Below, in pieces: positions 40,972 through 49,912 of a DNA stretch of 64,000 nucleotides (position 1 is the stretch's first letter; every line of letters starts with the position of its first letter). The translations under genes and the position numbers were made by a program. Under the pieces are notes generated by a model. That model had not been told where the DNA came from. It did no database searches and saw nothing but the letters and a program-made list of their open reading frames with translations. This stretch comes from Candidatus Latescibacterota bacterium (GTDB taxonomy: Bacteria; Latescibacterota; UBA2968; GCA-2709665), in contig CAXXXF010000015.1 in assembly GCA_963667175.2 (NCBI GenBank), forward strand, positions 256,001 to 320,000, written 5' to 3'.

Positions 40972-43062
40972 TTAATCGTGCTCGTTGAGATGCGTTTTCT
41001 GCATCCTGGGGTTCTCGAAGATGGCCAGGTGGTTATTCAGAAGGGCGTAGATATAATCGTCCTTTAGAATGAACATGTCGCGCCCACGAACGGCCCCTCG
41101 TGGGTCGGATCCAAAAATGCCGGGGCCGAGGCGATAGGCAATCCGTCTATTCAACCCGAGTGTCTCTCTACGCTTATACGCGCCATAGACGGTCTTGCTA
41201 TACGTTTGGACCGATTCACCTCTGAGAGCGTAGGCGGACTTTCCTTCGATCTTCATCAACGTTGGCAGACGCGTCCACGGGAGGTAGTCGACTTCCACCG
41301 GCTTCCTGGGATCGCTGATGTCCACGACCGCAATCTCGCGCGGCAGGGGTCGTTCCACATATGCCCGATCTTCCTCAACGGCAAGCGGCCCCAATCCGGG
41401 CGGTGCGGCATGCGCGTACGCATGTTTACCGTGGAATTGCATCATCCGCTCGAACACCCGTGCAAACATCGGACCCGCTTTCTCCTGTATCCTTGACAGG
41501 CGTTCAGGGACCTCGCCTGAAGCCAGTTGTCGATGGAACTTCTGAACCATCGTCTCGTAACGGACAGAACGACCGAATCGACGCAGCGGCGTCCGGCTCA
41601 AAATTGAGGGGCGACCGGAATCTGCAAGATCCAGAATCAGTAAATCGTGTCCAAGCGTGAGAAATGCGCGTGGACCCGCAAACTGCATTGCCCACTCGTC
41701 GTCCCAGGCATGTTTCGCCGCCTCTTCGAGAGTCAATATCTGAATTTGCTGCAGCAGGCCATCTTCATGTACGTCAAAACTGTGCATTTCCAGGAATTCA
41801 TCCCGGATAAGCCCCGCGTACAGATGATTCTCCCAGACTCCCCACCCTACCAGCCGGGGGACGCGCTTCAATAATGGGGTTGGGCCTTTCTCGATCGGAT
41901 GCAACCGCATCTTCGCCTGCAACCGCGCACGGTCCGGTTTGCTGAGGTCGAAACTTACGACGCCCGCACTGCCGCGAAATCTGCCCCAGACGTACGCACG
42001 CGAACCGGACAACGCCAACCGTTCGAGGCGCCACCCGCCCCCGCTGACCCGGCTGATTTGCACGGGCGCCGAGACATCCGACACGTCCACGACGCTCAGT
42101 TCCCGATCGAGCAATACAACCGCCAGATCATCCTTCAACGCCATGTCCATCACTCTCGTTTGGTAGGGCAGGCGTCCCAACGGCCCGCTGTGGGGATGCG
42201 GGTGCGGAGATCGAACGTGATCCATTCCGATGAGGACAACTGCGCAGATCAGGGCGATTCCTCCAAGCACCCACTGGAAGCGCCGCCGCAACTGCTCACT
42301 GAATACACGGCAGGACAGTGCCAGAATCCCGCCGGCCACAAGGACGGCCACCGCGCCCCTGGCAATCAGAAGAGAAGCGTCAAATGCCTTTCGAAGAATT
42401 CCGGCGTGGTCGTGCACGCCGATGGAGAACAGGAGACTGAAATAGAATGCCACGATGGGCGGCCCCCAGTTCCACGCAATCATTATACATACGTAAGCTA
42501 CCCAGGCGGCGATCAGGCACGTCACCGCAGCCTTGAGGGGATGGTTGGTAAGTGTCGATACGAGCACGGACAGGGCATAAGGAATCATGCTGGCCAGGAA
42601 CCATAGAAGTACGGTCCGTCCATACCCAACGTCAGCCAGAATCTCATCCGGCTGCCAGCCTGGCCACAGGATAAGAGACCGAGGTGGAAAGAAACCCAGT
42701 TTATCGATGAAATTTCCATCTATCGCCATATCGATGAATACGCCGCCCCAATAAGAAGCCAGGACCACCAGGAGTCCGACAGCGCCAACGAGGAATTTCG
42801 TCAACAGAGTCTTCCACAAAGCCAGGGGCCGGCATAGGAGGAAGGGCAGCGTATTCCGGCTCCGCTCCCGAGCGATCGCGTCCATCCCCATCAGCACCGC
42901 GCCAAAGAGGCCGACCGCGTGACTGACGACATTGACGTCTGCAGGGGCGAATTCCCATTGGGAGAAAACCAGCCCGACAATCATCGCCAGGCCGGCGCAT
43001 GCGTAGACTTTATAGGCGGATTCGCGGGCTTCCTTCCAGAACAGAGCACCGATCGGACTCAT
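40972..43062 (-). CDS. ABC-2-type permease with C-terminal soluble LVIVD-like repeat domain
   Basis: WKEARE, ERSRNTLPFLLCRP, about 6-7 TM helices, then repeated VVDVSD/VVDISDP..P motifs. Confidence 0.8.
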   Translation of the reverse strand: MSPIGALFWKEARESAYKVYACAGLAMIVGLVFSQWEFAPADVNVVSHAVGLFGAVLMGMDAIARERSRNTLPFLLCRPLALWKTLLTKFLVGAVGLLVVLASYWGGVFIDMAIDGNFIDKLGFFPPRSLILWPGWQPDEILADVGYGRTVLLWFLASMIPYALSVLVSTLTNHPLKAAVTCLIAAWVAYVCIMIAWNWGPPIVAFYFSLLFSIGVHDHAGILRKAFDASLLIARGAVAVLVAGGILALSCRVFSEQLRRRFQWVLGGIALICAVVLIGMDHVRSPHPHPHSGPLGRLPYQTRVMDMALKDDLAVVLLDRELSVVDVSDVSAPVQISRVSGGGWRLERLALSGSRAYVWGRFRGSAGVVSFDLSKPDRARLQAKMRLHPIEKGPTPLLKRVPRLVGWGVWENHLYAGLIRDEFLEMHSFDVHEDGLLQQIQILTLEEAAKHAWDDEWAMQFAGPRAFLTLGHDLLILDLADSGRPSILSRTPLRRFGRSVRYETMVQKFHRQLASGEVPERLSRIQEKAGPMFARVFERMMQFHGKHAYAHAAPPGLGPLAVEEDRAYVERPLPREIAVVDISDPRKPVEVDYLPWTRLPTLMKIEGKSAYALRGESVQTYSKTVYGAYKRRETLGLNRRIAYRLGPGIFGSDPRGAVRGRDMFILKDDYIYALLNNHLAIFENPRMQKTHLNEHD

Positions 43063-43958
43063 GGCTGTACTCCTGATTCCGGCTGGACGTGGGCGACGAA
43101 GGCCTCCTCGAGGCCGACGTCCATGACGTCTTCGATATGCCCGCCCTGCGCCTGGATGCGAGCGGCCTGTTCCTCGCCGTACCCCAGTACGGTCAACAGG
43201 CGCCGCGGCCCCTCGCCCTTCACCTGGCGCAGGCCATCGATATCCGTCAATCGGTCCACCCCATCCGGCAGCCGTACGCTAACCCGTTTGACTGACCCCT
43301 TCACGTCGTCCACCGTGCCGTCGGTCACCAGGCGGCCCTTTTCGATAATGGCCACCCGGTCGGCCACGCGTTCCACCTCGTGGACCAGGTGCGATGAAAG
43401 GAAAACCGTGCGGCCCTCCTCCTGGATGAGACCGATAATGCTCTCGAGGAAGTCGCGACGCACCACCACGTCCAGCCCCGAGGCCGGCTCGTCCAGGACC
43501 AGCAGACGCGGCACGTGGCCGAGGGCCAGGGTGAGCGCCAGTTGGGCGTTCATCCCTCGTGACAGGTGTTTGACCTTCTGCTCCGGATCCAGGCCGAACC
43601 GTTCGATCAGCCCGTTTACCCTGTCCTGGTTCCACGTCTCGTAGAACTGGCCGGTGAACCAGACGAGTTCCCGTACTTTCATCCATCCGTACATGACCCG
43701 GTTTTCGGCCACGTACCCCACCTGCCGCCGCAGCGCCAGGAAATCACTTGCCGGATCCAGCCCCAGGACCTCCGCCCTACCGGCGGTGGGCCGCAGCAGG
43801 TTCATGAGAATCTGGATGGTCGTGGTCTTGCCGGCGCCATTGCGGCCGAGGAAACCGCAGACCGTCCCCGCGGGCACCTCAAGCCTCAGATCGTCCACGG
43901 CCGTGAGTTTGCCGAAGCGGTGGGTCAGGCCCTCGATTGTGATCGCTGAATCGTTCAT
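43059..43958 (-). CDS. ABC transporter ATP-binding protein (YtrB-like)
   Basis: GRNGAGKTT, LSRGM, LDEPASGLD, SSH. Confidence 0.95.
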   Translation of the reverse strand: MNDSAITIEGLTHRFGKLTAVDDLRLEVPAGTVCGFLGRNGAGKTTTIQILMNLLRPTAGRAEVLGLDPASDFLALRRQVGYVAENRVMYGWMKVRELVWFTGQFYETWNQDRVNGLIERFGLDPEQKVKHLSRGMNAQLALTLALGHVPRLLVLDEPASGLDVVVRRDFLESIIGLIQEEGRTVFLSSHLVHEVERVADRVAIIEKGRLVTDGTVDDVKGSVKRVSVRLPDGVDRLTDIDGLRQVKGEGPRRLLTVLGYGEEQAARIQAQGGHIEDVMDVGLEEAFVAHVQPESGVQP

Positions 43959-43977
43959 ATCGACTCCCTATTCCCGG

Positions 43978-44367
43978 TCAATTGTCCTTCCGAAGCCTCT
44001 CGAGGCGCTCCCGGATGACCTGTTCCATTTCCTCCGGGCTCAAATCCAGTTCGACGCCCTGCACCAGCGCCCGGTCGAGCAATTCTCTCACGATCTCCAG
44101 CTTTTCTTCGCGCGAAATGGTGACGTCCCGCTCGGCGACGTACGTGCCCATCCCCCGCTTCTTGTAGATGAATCCCTCGCGTTCCAGCTCCAGATAGGCG
44201 CGCGCAACGGTATTCGGGTTGATCAGGTACTGAGCGGCGAGGTCCCTCACGGAGGGCAACTCTTCGTGCGGCTTGAGCACCCCCCGCGCCATCTGATACC
44301 TGATCTGTTCCATCATTTGCAGGTAGATGGGCACGCCGTTGGCCGAGTCTATGCGCAAGGGCAACAT
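43978..44367 (-). CDS. GntR family regulator, YtrA subfamily
   Basis: PIYLQ...LPSVRDLA...INPNTVARAYLELEREG...RGMGTYV; short C-terminal domain; heads the ABC operon. Confidence 0.93.
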   Translation of the reverse strand: MLPLRIDSANGVPIYLQMMEQIRYQMARGVLKPHEELPSVRDLAAQYLINPNTVARAYLELEREGFIYKKRGMGTYVAERDVTISREEKLEIVRELLDRALVQGVELDLSPEEMEQVIRERLERLRKDN

Positions 44368-44389
44368 GGCTGTGTTCCTGTGCCAAGAG

Positions 44390-44449
44390 TATTATTGTAT
44401 GGGTGAACCGATACAGTAATATACTAACAAAACCGATCCGGAAATGCAA
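44390..44449 (-). promoter_or_regulatory. Promoter TTGCAT-N17-TAGTAT plus palindromic GntR/YtrA operator
   Basis: Inverted repeat TATTATTGTAT-N10-ATACAGTAATA (44390-44421) lies immediately downstream of the -10 box (44421-44426); -35 at 44444-44449. Confidence 0.7.
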
Positions 44450-44494
44450 GCGCTTTTTTCGAATCGGAGAAAAAGCGGTGCGTTGAACCTCGCA

Positions 44495-44560
44495 TAAGGG
44501 CGGGCGCCTGCCTGCGCAGGGTACTGCGCTGCAGGCAGGCCCACAAGGGACGCCCCAACA
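44495..44560 (-). repeat. REP-like palindrome with nested CCTGCCTG...CAGGCAGG palindrome
   Basis: Minus strand reads GTTGGGGCGTCCCTTGTGG G[CCTGCCTGCAGCGCAGTACCCTGCGCAGGCAGG]C GCCC. Confidence 0.5.
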
Positions 44561-44878
44561 ATGCGCGGGCAGTGATGGTATCGTGGAGGCACGGGGGAAT
44601 TACCCGCACCGGGGCAGCAGGAGACGTTTCGCTAAGCTCCGGTACTTTCGAATACAGGCACGCATTTTGCATCCGTTAACACCAGGCGTGACTGCGAGTT
44701 TCGGTTTCGCGGCGGAACCTCGGATCGAAGGAATTGCTTTCGGGCTGCCTCACGAAAGACACTGTTGTGCGCCGTATGCTGAGATTGGGTCTTTAGCCTC
44801 ACGATAGCATTTCCCATTGACTGCACGCGACTTTTATTCTTAATTTTATATCATTGGTGCGGGAAGGGTGAGACCGGA

Positions 44879-45456
44879 GTGAAGTGGGTGTCCATCTGGA
44901 GCGTCAAGGAATCTGACAGGGTTTTGTTTGGTGCTGTGTCGGTTCTGGTGTTCTTCTTTGGCGCGTGGGATCTGGTTTCCGGAAAGAGCTGGTCCAGCCT
45001 TTATTTTTCCGAAGACGTAGTCATATTGGGCGCCTGGTCTGTCACTGTCGCCTACTTCACCATACCAGCCCGTTGAAAAAGTCCATCCGGGCTACGTCCG
45101 GCCCTTGTGACCGAACTACGGCGTTGCGCTCCCTCCCCGAATCCAGGGATTCGCGTCGGTCACGCGCCTTGTCTTCGGCCACAATGACTCGGCCTCGCCT
45201 GCAGAGCGACTTTTCCATCGGACTGTTAGGGGCAATTGACATCATGGGTATGTTCGTTGGGACGATGACTGAATTTGTGGCCGAATGGTATAAAAACAGG
45301 GTTCTCGAAAACGCGCGCGAAGAGATCCGGGAACAGGTGCGCGAAGAGATCCGGGAACAGGTGCGAGAGGAAGTCCGAAATCAGGTTCGAGAGGAAGTCC
45401 TTCAGGAACTTCGGGAGGGCGGGCAGGACAAGACAGATGCGGGTGAAGTAAATTGA
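44879..45456 (+). pseudogene. Membrane protein with C-terminal REEIREQV repeats, disrupted by a MITE
   Basis: Removing 45065-45228 (element plus one TA) joins ...VAYFTI to GAIDIMG... in frame, giving 137 aa. Confidence 0.75.
45065..45226 (+). mobile_element. MITE family B, copy 1 (162 bp, TA duplication)
   Basis: TIRs CAGCCCGTTGAAAAAGTC / GACTTTTCCATCGGACTG; homologous to 57763-57982. Confidence 0.85.
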
Positions 45457-45591
45457 ACATCCCGTTCCAATAAACCTGCCCAGCTGTAACCTCCGGACCG
45501 TGTTGATATTGAATTTCACGTAGGCGTTTCGTGCCGCGAAATTGCAATGTGCCAAGCACATTGCCCCCCGGAGGATCGTATTCTCCGGCCG

Positions 45592-45629
45592 ACGCTCCTG
45601 TCCGCGGCAGGGGCGTTTTTTTTTTTTTG
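45592..45629 (+). terminator. Intrinsic terminator upstream of modB
   Basis: ACGCTCCTG-TCCGCGG-CAGGGGCGT followed by a long T run. Confidence 0.7.
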
Positions 45630-45712
45630 CAACTTCAAGCATGCCGCGTACCAGGAAAGTGATTGGCCTGATTTCGTCAAGAGTATCCGATGCCAGTTTA
45701 CGTGGCAGCCTC

Positions 45713-46405
45713 ATGGGAGCCGACGTCTTGTTGACCTCGGAAGAATGGATGGTGCTTGGCCTGTCGTTGCGCGTGGGGCTGGTCTGCGTGCTGTTGAGCC
45801 TGCCCGCGGCGGTGATCCTGGGTTGGGTGCTTGCCCGGCGCGAATTCAGGGGCAAAGTGCTGCTCGACGGGTTATGCCACCTGCCCCTGGTGCTGCCCCC
45901 CGTGGTGACCGGCTACGTGCTGCTGCTGTTGTTCAGCCGTCGAGGTGTTCTGGGGGGCTTTCTGGAACAGACTATGGGTTTCCAGGTGGCGTTTACCTGG
46001 AAAGGGGCGGCGCTGGCGTCGGCCGCGGTCGCATTTCCCCTGGCGTTGCGGGCCATCCGGCTGGCCATCGAGGCGGTGGACCCCAGATTGGAACACGCGG
46101 CCCGCACGTTGGGCGCCGGGCGACTCAGGGTCTTCCTGACGGTCACGCTCCGGCTGGCCGCGCCCGGGCTGCTGGCAGGGGCATTGCTGGCATTCGCGCG
46201 AAGCCTGGGAGAGTTCGGCGCCACGATCACCTTCGTGTCGAATATCGCCGGGGAGACGCGGACGCTGCCCCTTGCGATCTTCACGTACATCAACCGGCCC
46301 GGCGGGGACGCGGCCGTCGCCCGTCTGGCGATTCTGTCCGTCATCCTGTCCTTTGCGGCGCTGGTGGCCGGCGAGGTGGTGGCCCGGCGAATGAGGAGAA
46401 CCTGA
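45713..46405 (+). CDS. modB: Molybdate ABC transporter permease
   Basis: LPLVLPPVVTGY, EHAARTLGA, FARSLGEFGAT, GETRTLPLAI; start uncertain. Confidence 0.95.
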   Translation: MGADVLLTSEEWMVLGLSLRVGLVCVLLSLPAAVILGWVLARREFRGKVLLDGLCHLPLVLPPVVTGYVLLLLFSRRGVLGGFLEQTMGFQVAFTWKGAALASAAVAFPLALRAIRLAIEAVDPRLEHAARTLGAGRLRVFLTVTLRLAAPGLLAGALLAFARSLGEFGATITFVSNIAGETRTLPLAIFTYINRPGGDAAVARLAILSVILSFAALVAGEVVARRMRRT

Positions 46406-46406
46406 C

Positions 46407-47486
46407 GTGCTCTCCATCCGCGTGAAACGGTCGCTGCCGGGATTTGCCCTCGAGGCGGCGGTCGAGTGTCCCTATCCCGTGACCGCGATCTTCGGGCCTT
46501 CCGGCGCTGGAAAGACCACGCTGCTGGACCTCGTGGCGGGCCTGCTCACGCCGGACGACGGGGAGATCCGGCTGAACGAACGCGTGCTCTTCTCGTCTGA
46601 AACGGGCCTGAATCTGCCGCCCGAACAACGCCGCGTGGGGTACGTGTTTCAGGAAGACCTGCTGTTCCCCCATCTGACCGTCATGGAAAATCTGCGGTAC
46701 GGTTACGACCTCCTGTCTACGGATTCGCGCCGGTTCGAGGTGGGACCCGTTGTGGATCTGATGGGGCTGTCCGGGCTGCTCGACCGGCGTCCGGCGCGTC
46801 TGTCGGGCGGCGAGCGGCAGCGGGTGGCGCTGGGTCGGGCGATTCTGGCCTCGCCGGAGCTGCTCCTGATGGACGAGCCCCTGGCTTCGCTGGATCAGGA
46901 ACTGAAAGACCGCATTATCCCGTACCTGCGGCACATCAGGTCGGACCTGGGCATCCCGATTCTCTACGTGAGCCATTCGGTCGCCGAGATCCTGGAGTTG
47001 ACCGGACAGGTGATTGTCCTGAAAGCCGGACGCGTGCTTGCGCACGGGGACTTTTTTCACGTTGTCCGTCACCCGGAGGTGCTGCCGTTGGCCGAGGCGC
47101 ACGAGTTCGAAAACGTGCTGCCGGTGGAGGTGGTGGCGCAGGACGGGGCCCGAAAAGGCTGCCGCGTGCGTTTTGGGAATCAGGACCTGCGGGTACCCCC
47201 CTGCGACAGACCCGTGGGAAGCCGGATCTTCATAGGCATTCGGGCAAACGACATCATCCTGAGCAGGAAACAGCCGGAGGGGTTGAGCATTCGCAATGCG
47301 ATGCGGGGCCGTATCCTCGATATGCAGGACGTGGACGGCAAGCAACTGGTCTACGTGGACGTGGGAAAACGGCTGGCCGTGGAGGTGACACTTGAAGCGC
47401 TGGAGGAGTTGGGCCTGGAGGTCGGCGACCCGGTGATGTGCCTGGTGAAAGCCCACTCGATACGAATCGGCCCGAACGCGGACTGA
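46407..47486 (+). CDS. modC: Molybdate ABC transporter ATPase
   Basis: GPSGAGKTT, LSGGERQRVALGRA, SIRN and TOBE domain. Confidence 0.95.
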   Translation: MLSIRVKRSLPGFALEAAVECPYPVTAIFGPSGAGKTTLLDLVAGLLTPDDGEIRLNERVLFSSETGLNLPPEQRRVGYVFQEDLLFPHLTVMENLRYGYDLLSTDSRRFEVGPVVDLMGLSGLLDRRPARLSGGERQRVALGRAILASPELLLMDEPLASLDQELKDRIIPYLRHIRSDLGIPILYVSHSVAEILELTGQVIVLKAGRVLAHGDFFHVVRHPEVLPLAEAHEFENVLPVEVVAQDGARKGCRVRFGNQDLRVPPCDRPVGSRIFIGIRANDIILSRKQPEGLSIRNAMRGRILDMQDVDGKQLVYVDVGKRLAVEVTLEALEELGLEVGDPVMCLVKAHSIRIGPNAD

Positions 47487-47520
47487 AGGAGTCGGGTGAC
47501 GGGGTCCGATCCGATGCCCT

Positions 47521-48489
47521 TCATCCTTCCCCGGCTTCCTCGCCTTCATAGAGCAGCCTGAGAAGGGCAAGGAAGAGCCGGTCGCGCCGGTTTCGCGCAC
47601 GATCGATGGATTCGGGCGTGTACTCGTGGAAACCGCGGCCGGTCTTGACGCCGTAGTGTCCCTCTTCAACCAGCTTCCCGACGTTGCGAGGAAGTTCGGT
47701 GTCGGACCGGATTTCGGAAACAAGAATCCGGTAGACGAGCGCCGAGACGTCAAGCCCTCCGAAGTCCCGCACCGACAGGGGTCCGATGGCGGCCAGACGG
47801 AATCCGACGCTGGCTCGGACCGCCCGGTCGATATCCTCGGGCTCGGCGACGCCTTTGTCGAGCAGGTCCCAGATTTCACGCTGCATGGCGACCTGGATGC
47901 GGTTGACCAGGAAGCCCGGAAGTTCCTTCTTGAGGGGCACCGCCGCCTTGCCGATACGTTCCAGGACGTCTACGGCGGTCCGTACCGTGGACCCGGTCGT
48001 GCGCTCTCCGGGAACGACTTCCACGAGCGGCACCAGGTGCGGCGGATTGAACCAGTGGGTGACCACGGCCCGCCCGGGACGTAAGAGATCCCGGGCGATG
48101 CCGGTCATGGGAAAGGAGGACGTATTGCTGGCCAGAATGGTCTCCCGCGAGACGACGGCTTCGACGCGGGCGAAGCATTCCCGCTTGACGTCGAGGTCCT
48201 CGCGAACGGCTTCCGTAACGAAACCGGCGGGTTCCACGGCCTCGCGTTCGCTGTTGAACACGGCGATGCGTCCAAGTGTCTCCCCGACCGATTCCGGCGT
48301 GTCCATCCCCGCCTGAATGCGTTGCCGAAGATTGGATTCGATCCGGCGGTGCAGGGACTCACGGGCCGCAACGGACTCGTCGTAGCAGCGGACCGGATGT
48401 CCCGCCGCCGCGAATGCCTGCGCGATCCCGTGGCCCATCGTGCCCAGGCCGATGACGGCTATGGTCTGGAATTCCACTTCGTTTTGCAA
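47521..48489 (-). CDS. 3-hydroxyacyl-CoA dehydrogenase family protein
   Basis: GLGTMGHGIA, ASNTSS, HWFNPPHLVPLVE, PGFLVNR, GVKTGRGF; start uncertain. Confidence 0.92.
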   Translation of the reverse strand: MQNEVEFQTIAVIGLGTMGHGIAQAFAAAGHPVRCYDESVAARESLHRRIESNLRQRIQAGMDTPESVGETLGRIAVFNSEREAVEPAGFVTEAVREDLDVKRECFARVEAVVSRETILASNTSSFPMTGIARDLLRPGRAVVTHWFNPPHLVPLVEVVPGERTTGSTVRTAVDVLERIGKAAVPLKKELPGFLVNRIQVAMQREIWDLLDKGVAEPEDIDRAVRASVGFRLAAIGPLSVRDFGGLDVSALVYRILVSEIRSDTELPRNVGKLVEEGHYGVKTGRGFHEYTPESIDRARNRRDRLFLALLRLLYEGEEAGEG

Positions 48490-48509
48490 GTGTCCCGTCC
48501 CCAAATTAC

Positions 48510-49100
48510 CTCACCAGTCGGTCGCCGATTCATCGCGTCTCGCTGCGTTGCTTGCACTGCCGGTGCTGAGCCTGTCGAAGCAAGCTTACCGAAGTGCCTT
48601 GTCGAAGTTCCCTCGCTCGCCGACCCTGCGCAGGTCGCCATTCGTCGGACAAAACCCCTTTGGAACTAAACTACTGGGAGAGAACGGCTTTATCTCTCCC
48701 ACCAACTTTCATTTTCTCTTCGTCCTTTTTCTTGTACGCCCAAGAAAAAGGACCAAAAAGAACGGCGCCGCTCGGCGCGGGGCCGGTTTTTCCGTGAACC
48801 ACCTCAGTGGCGTAAATGGAAATTGGTTGCCCTGTCACCGACCCAGCCTACACCAAACCATGTTGCTGAACGGATTAGCACGGAAAAACCCCCCACTCCC
48901 CAACCGTCCGCTTTATAGGAACCCGCGAAGATCCGAAAACGATGTTATTACACCATGGAGCGCTTACAGCCCCTGCAAAACCACCACCGACCTACCCCCT
49001 TCCCAGCGGGAAGGGGGGAACTGCGATCCCCTCGCGGTGTCCTGGTTTGCTCCCCCTCTCCCCCCGGGAGAGGGGGTTGGGGGGAGAGGTCTGCGGCCGA
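48510..49100. repeat. Intergenic cluster of palindromic REP-like sequences
   Basis: TTTTTCTTG-TACGCC-CAAGAAAAA; CCCCTTCCC-AGC-GGGAAGGGG; CCCCCTCTCCC-CC-GGGAGAGGGGG; GGGAGAGA...TCTCTCCC. Confidence 0.55.
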
Positions 49101-49129
49101 ATTCAGGCAACTTATTTCCGGAAAGAACG

Positions 49130-49870
49130 TTAGATTGTCTTGCCGCCGTCCACCGCCAGGACCTGCCCGGTAACCATTTCGTTGACGACCAGGCCCAGAA
49201 TCGCATTGGCGATATCTTCGGGTTCCGCGACACGCTGGAGGGGAGTGGCTTCGCGATTCACGCGAACGAATTCTTCCCATCCCTTTACCCAGCGTGTGTT
49301 TACGATGCCGGGGGCCACGGCGTTTGCCCGAATGCGGGGCGCCTGGCTGACGGCCAGGGATTTGGTGAGGGAGATCAGCGCCGCCTTGGAGGCGCAATAC
49401 GCGATGGAACTGCCCTGCCCGCAGGCGCCGGCGATCGATGCCACGCTCACAATCTGCCCCCCCGCTTCGGGCATTTTGGCGATGGCCGCCCTGGCGCAGT
49501 AAAAGGCGCCTTTGACGTTGACGTCGAAGACGGGGTCCCATGCGTCGTCGGTGAGGCCCTCGAGGTCGGCCAGCGGCACGAAGACGGTGGTGCCGGCGTT
49601 GTTGATCAGGACGTCCAGCCGGCCCAGTTCCCCGGCCACGCGGTCCACCATTTCGCGGACGGCGCTCTCGACCGACACGTCGGTGCGGATTGCGATCGAG
49701 TTTCGGCCAAGCGCACGGATTTCGGCGGCCGTGGTTTCGGCTTCGGTCCTGGAACGCGAGTAGTTGACGGCCACGTCGGCTCCTTCCGAGGCGAGCAGCA
49801 GGGAGGTCGCTCTTCCGATTCCCGTGCCGCCGCCGGTCACGAGCGCGACTTTTCCGTCCAAACGGCCCAT
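49130..49870 (-). CDS. Short-chain dehydrogenase/reductase
   Basis: TGGGTGIG, NNAG, YCASK, NAVAPG. Confidence 0.95.
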   Translation of the reverse strand: MGRLDGKVALVTGGGTGIGRATSLLLASEGADVAVNYSRSRTEAETTAAEIRALGRNSIAIRTDVSVESAVREMVDRVAGELGRLDVLINNAGTTVFVPLADLEGLTDDAWDPVFDVNVKGAFYCARAAIAKMPEAGGQIVSVASIAGACGQGSSIAYCASKAALISLTKSLAVSQAPRIRANAVAPGIVNTRWVKGWEEFVRVNREATPLQRVAEPEDIANAILGLVVNEMVTGQVLAVDGGKTI

Positions 49871-49912
49871 ATAGGATCCTTTCGATTTGGTGTATGGGGC
49901 TGTTCTGAAGAA

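Noticed and set aside
45315-45400. 24-bp tandem repeats as a possible CRISPR array
   Set aside because: No spacers; they encode REEIREQV peptide repeats, and there are no cas genes.
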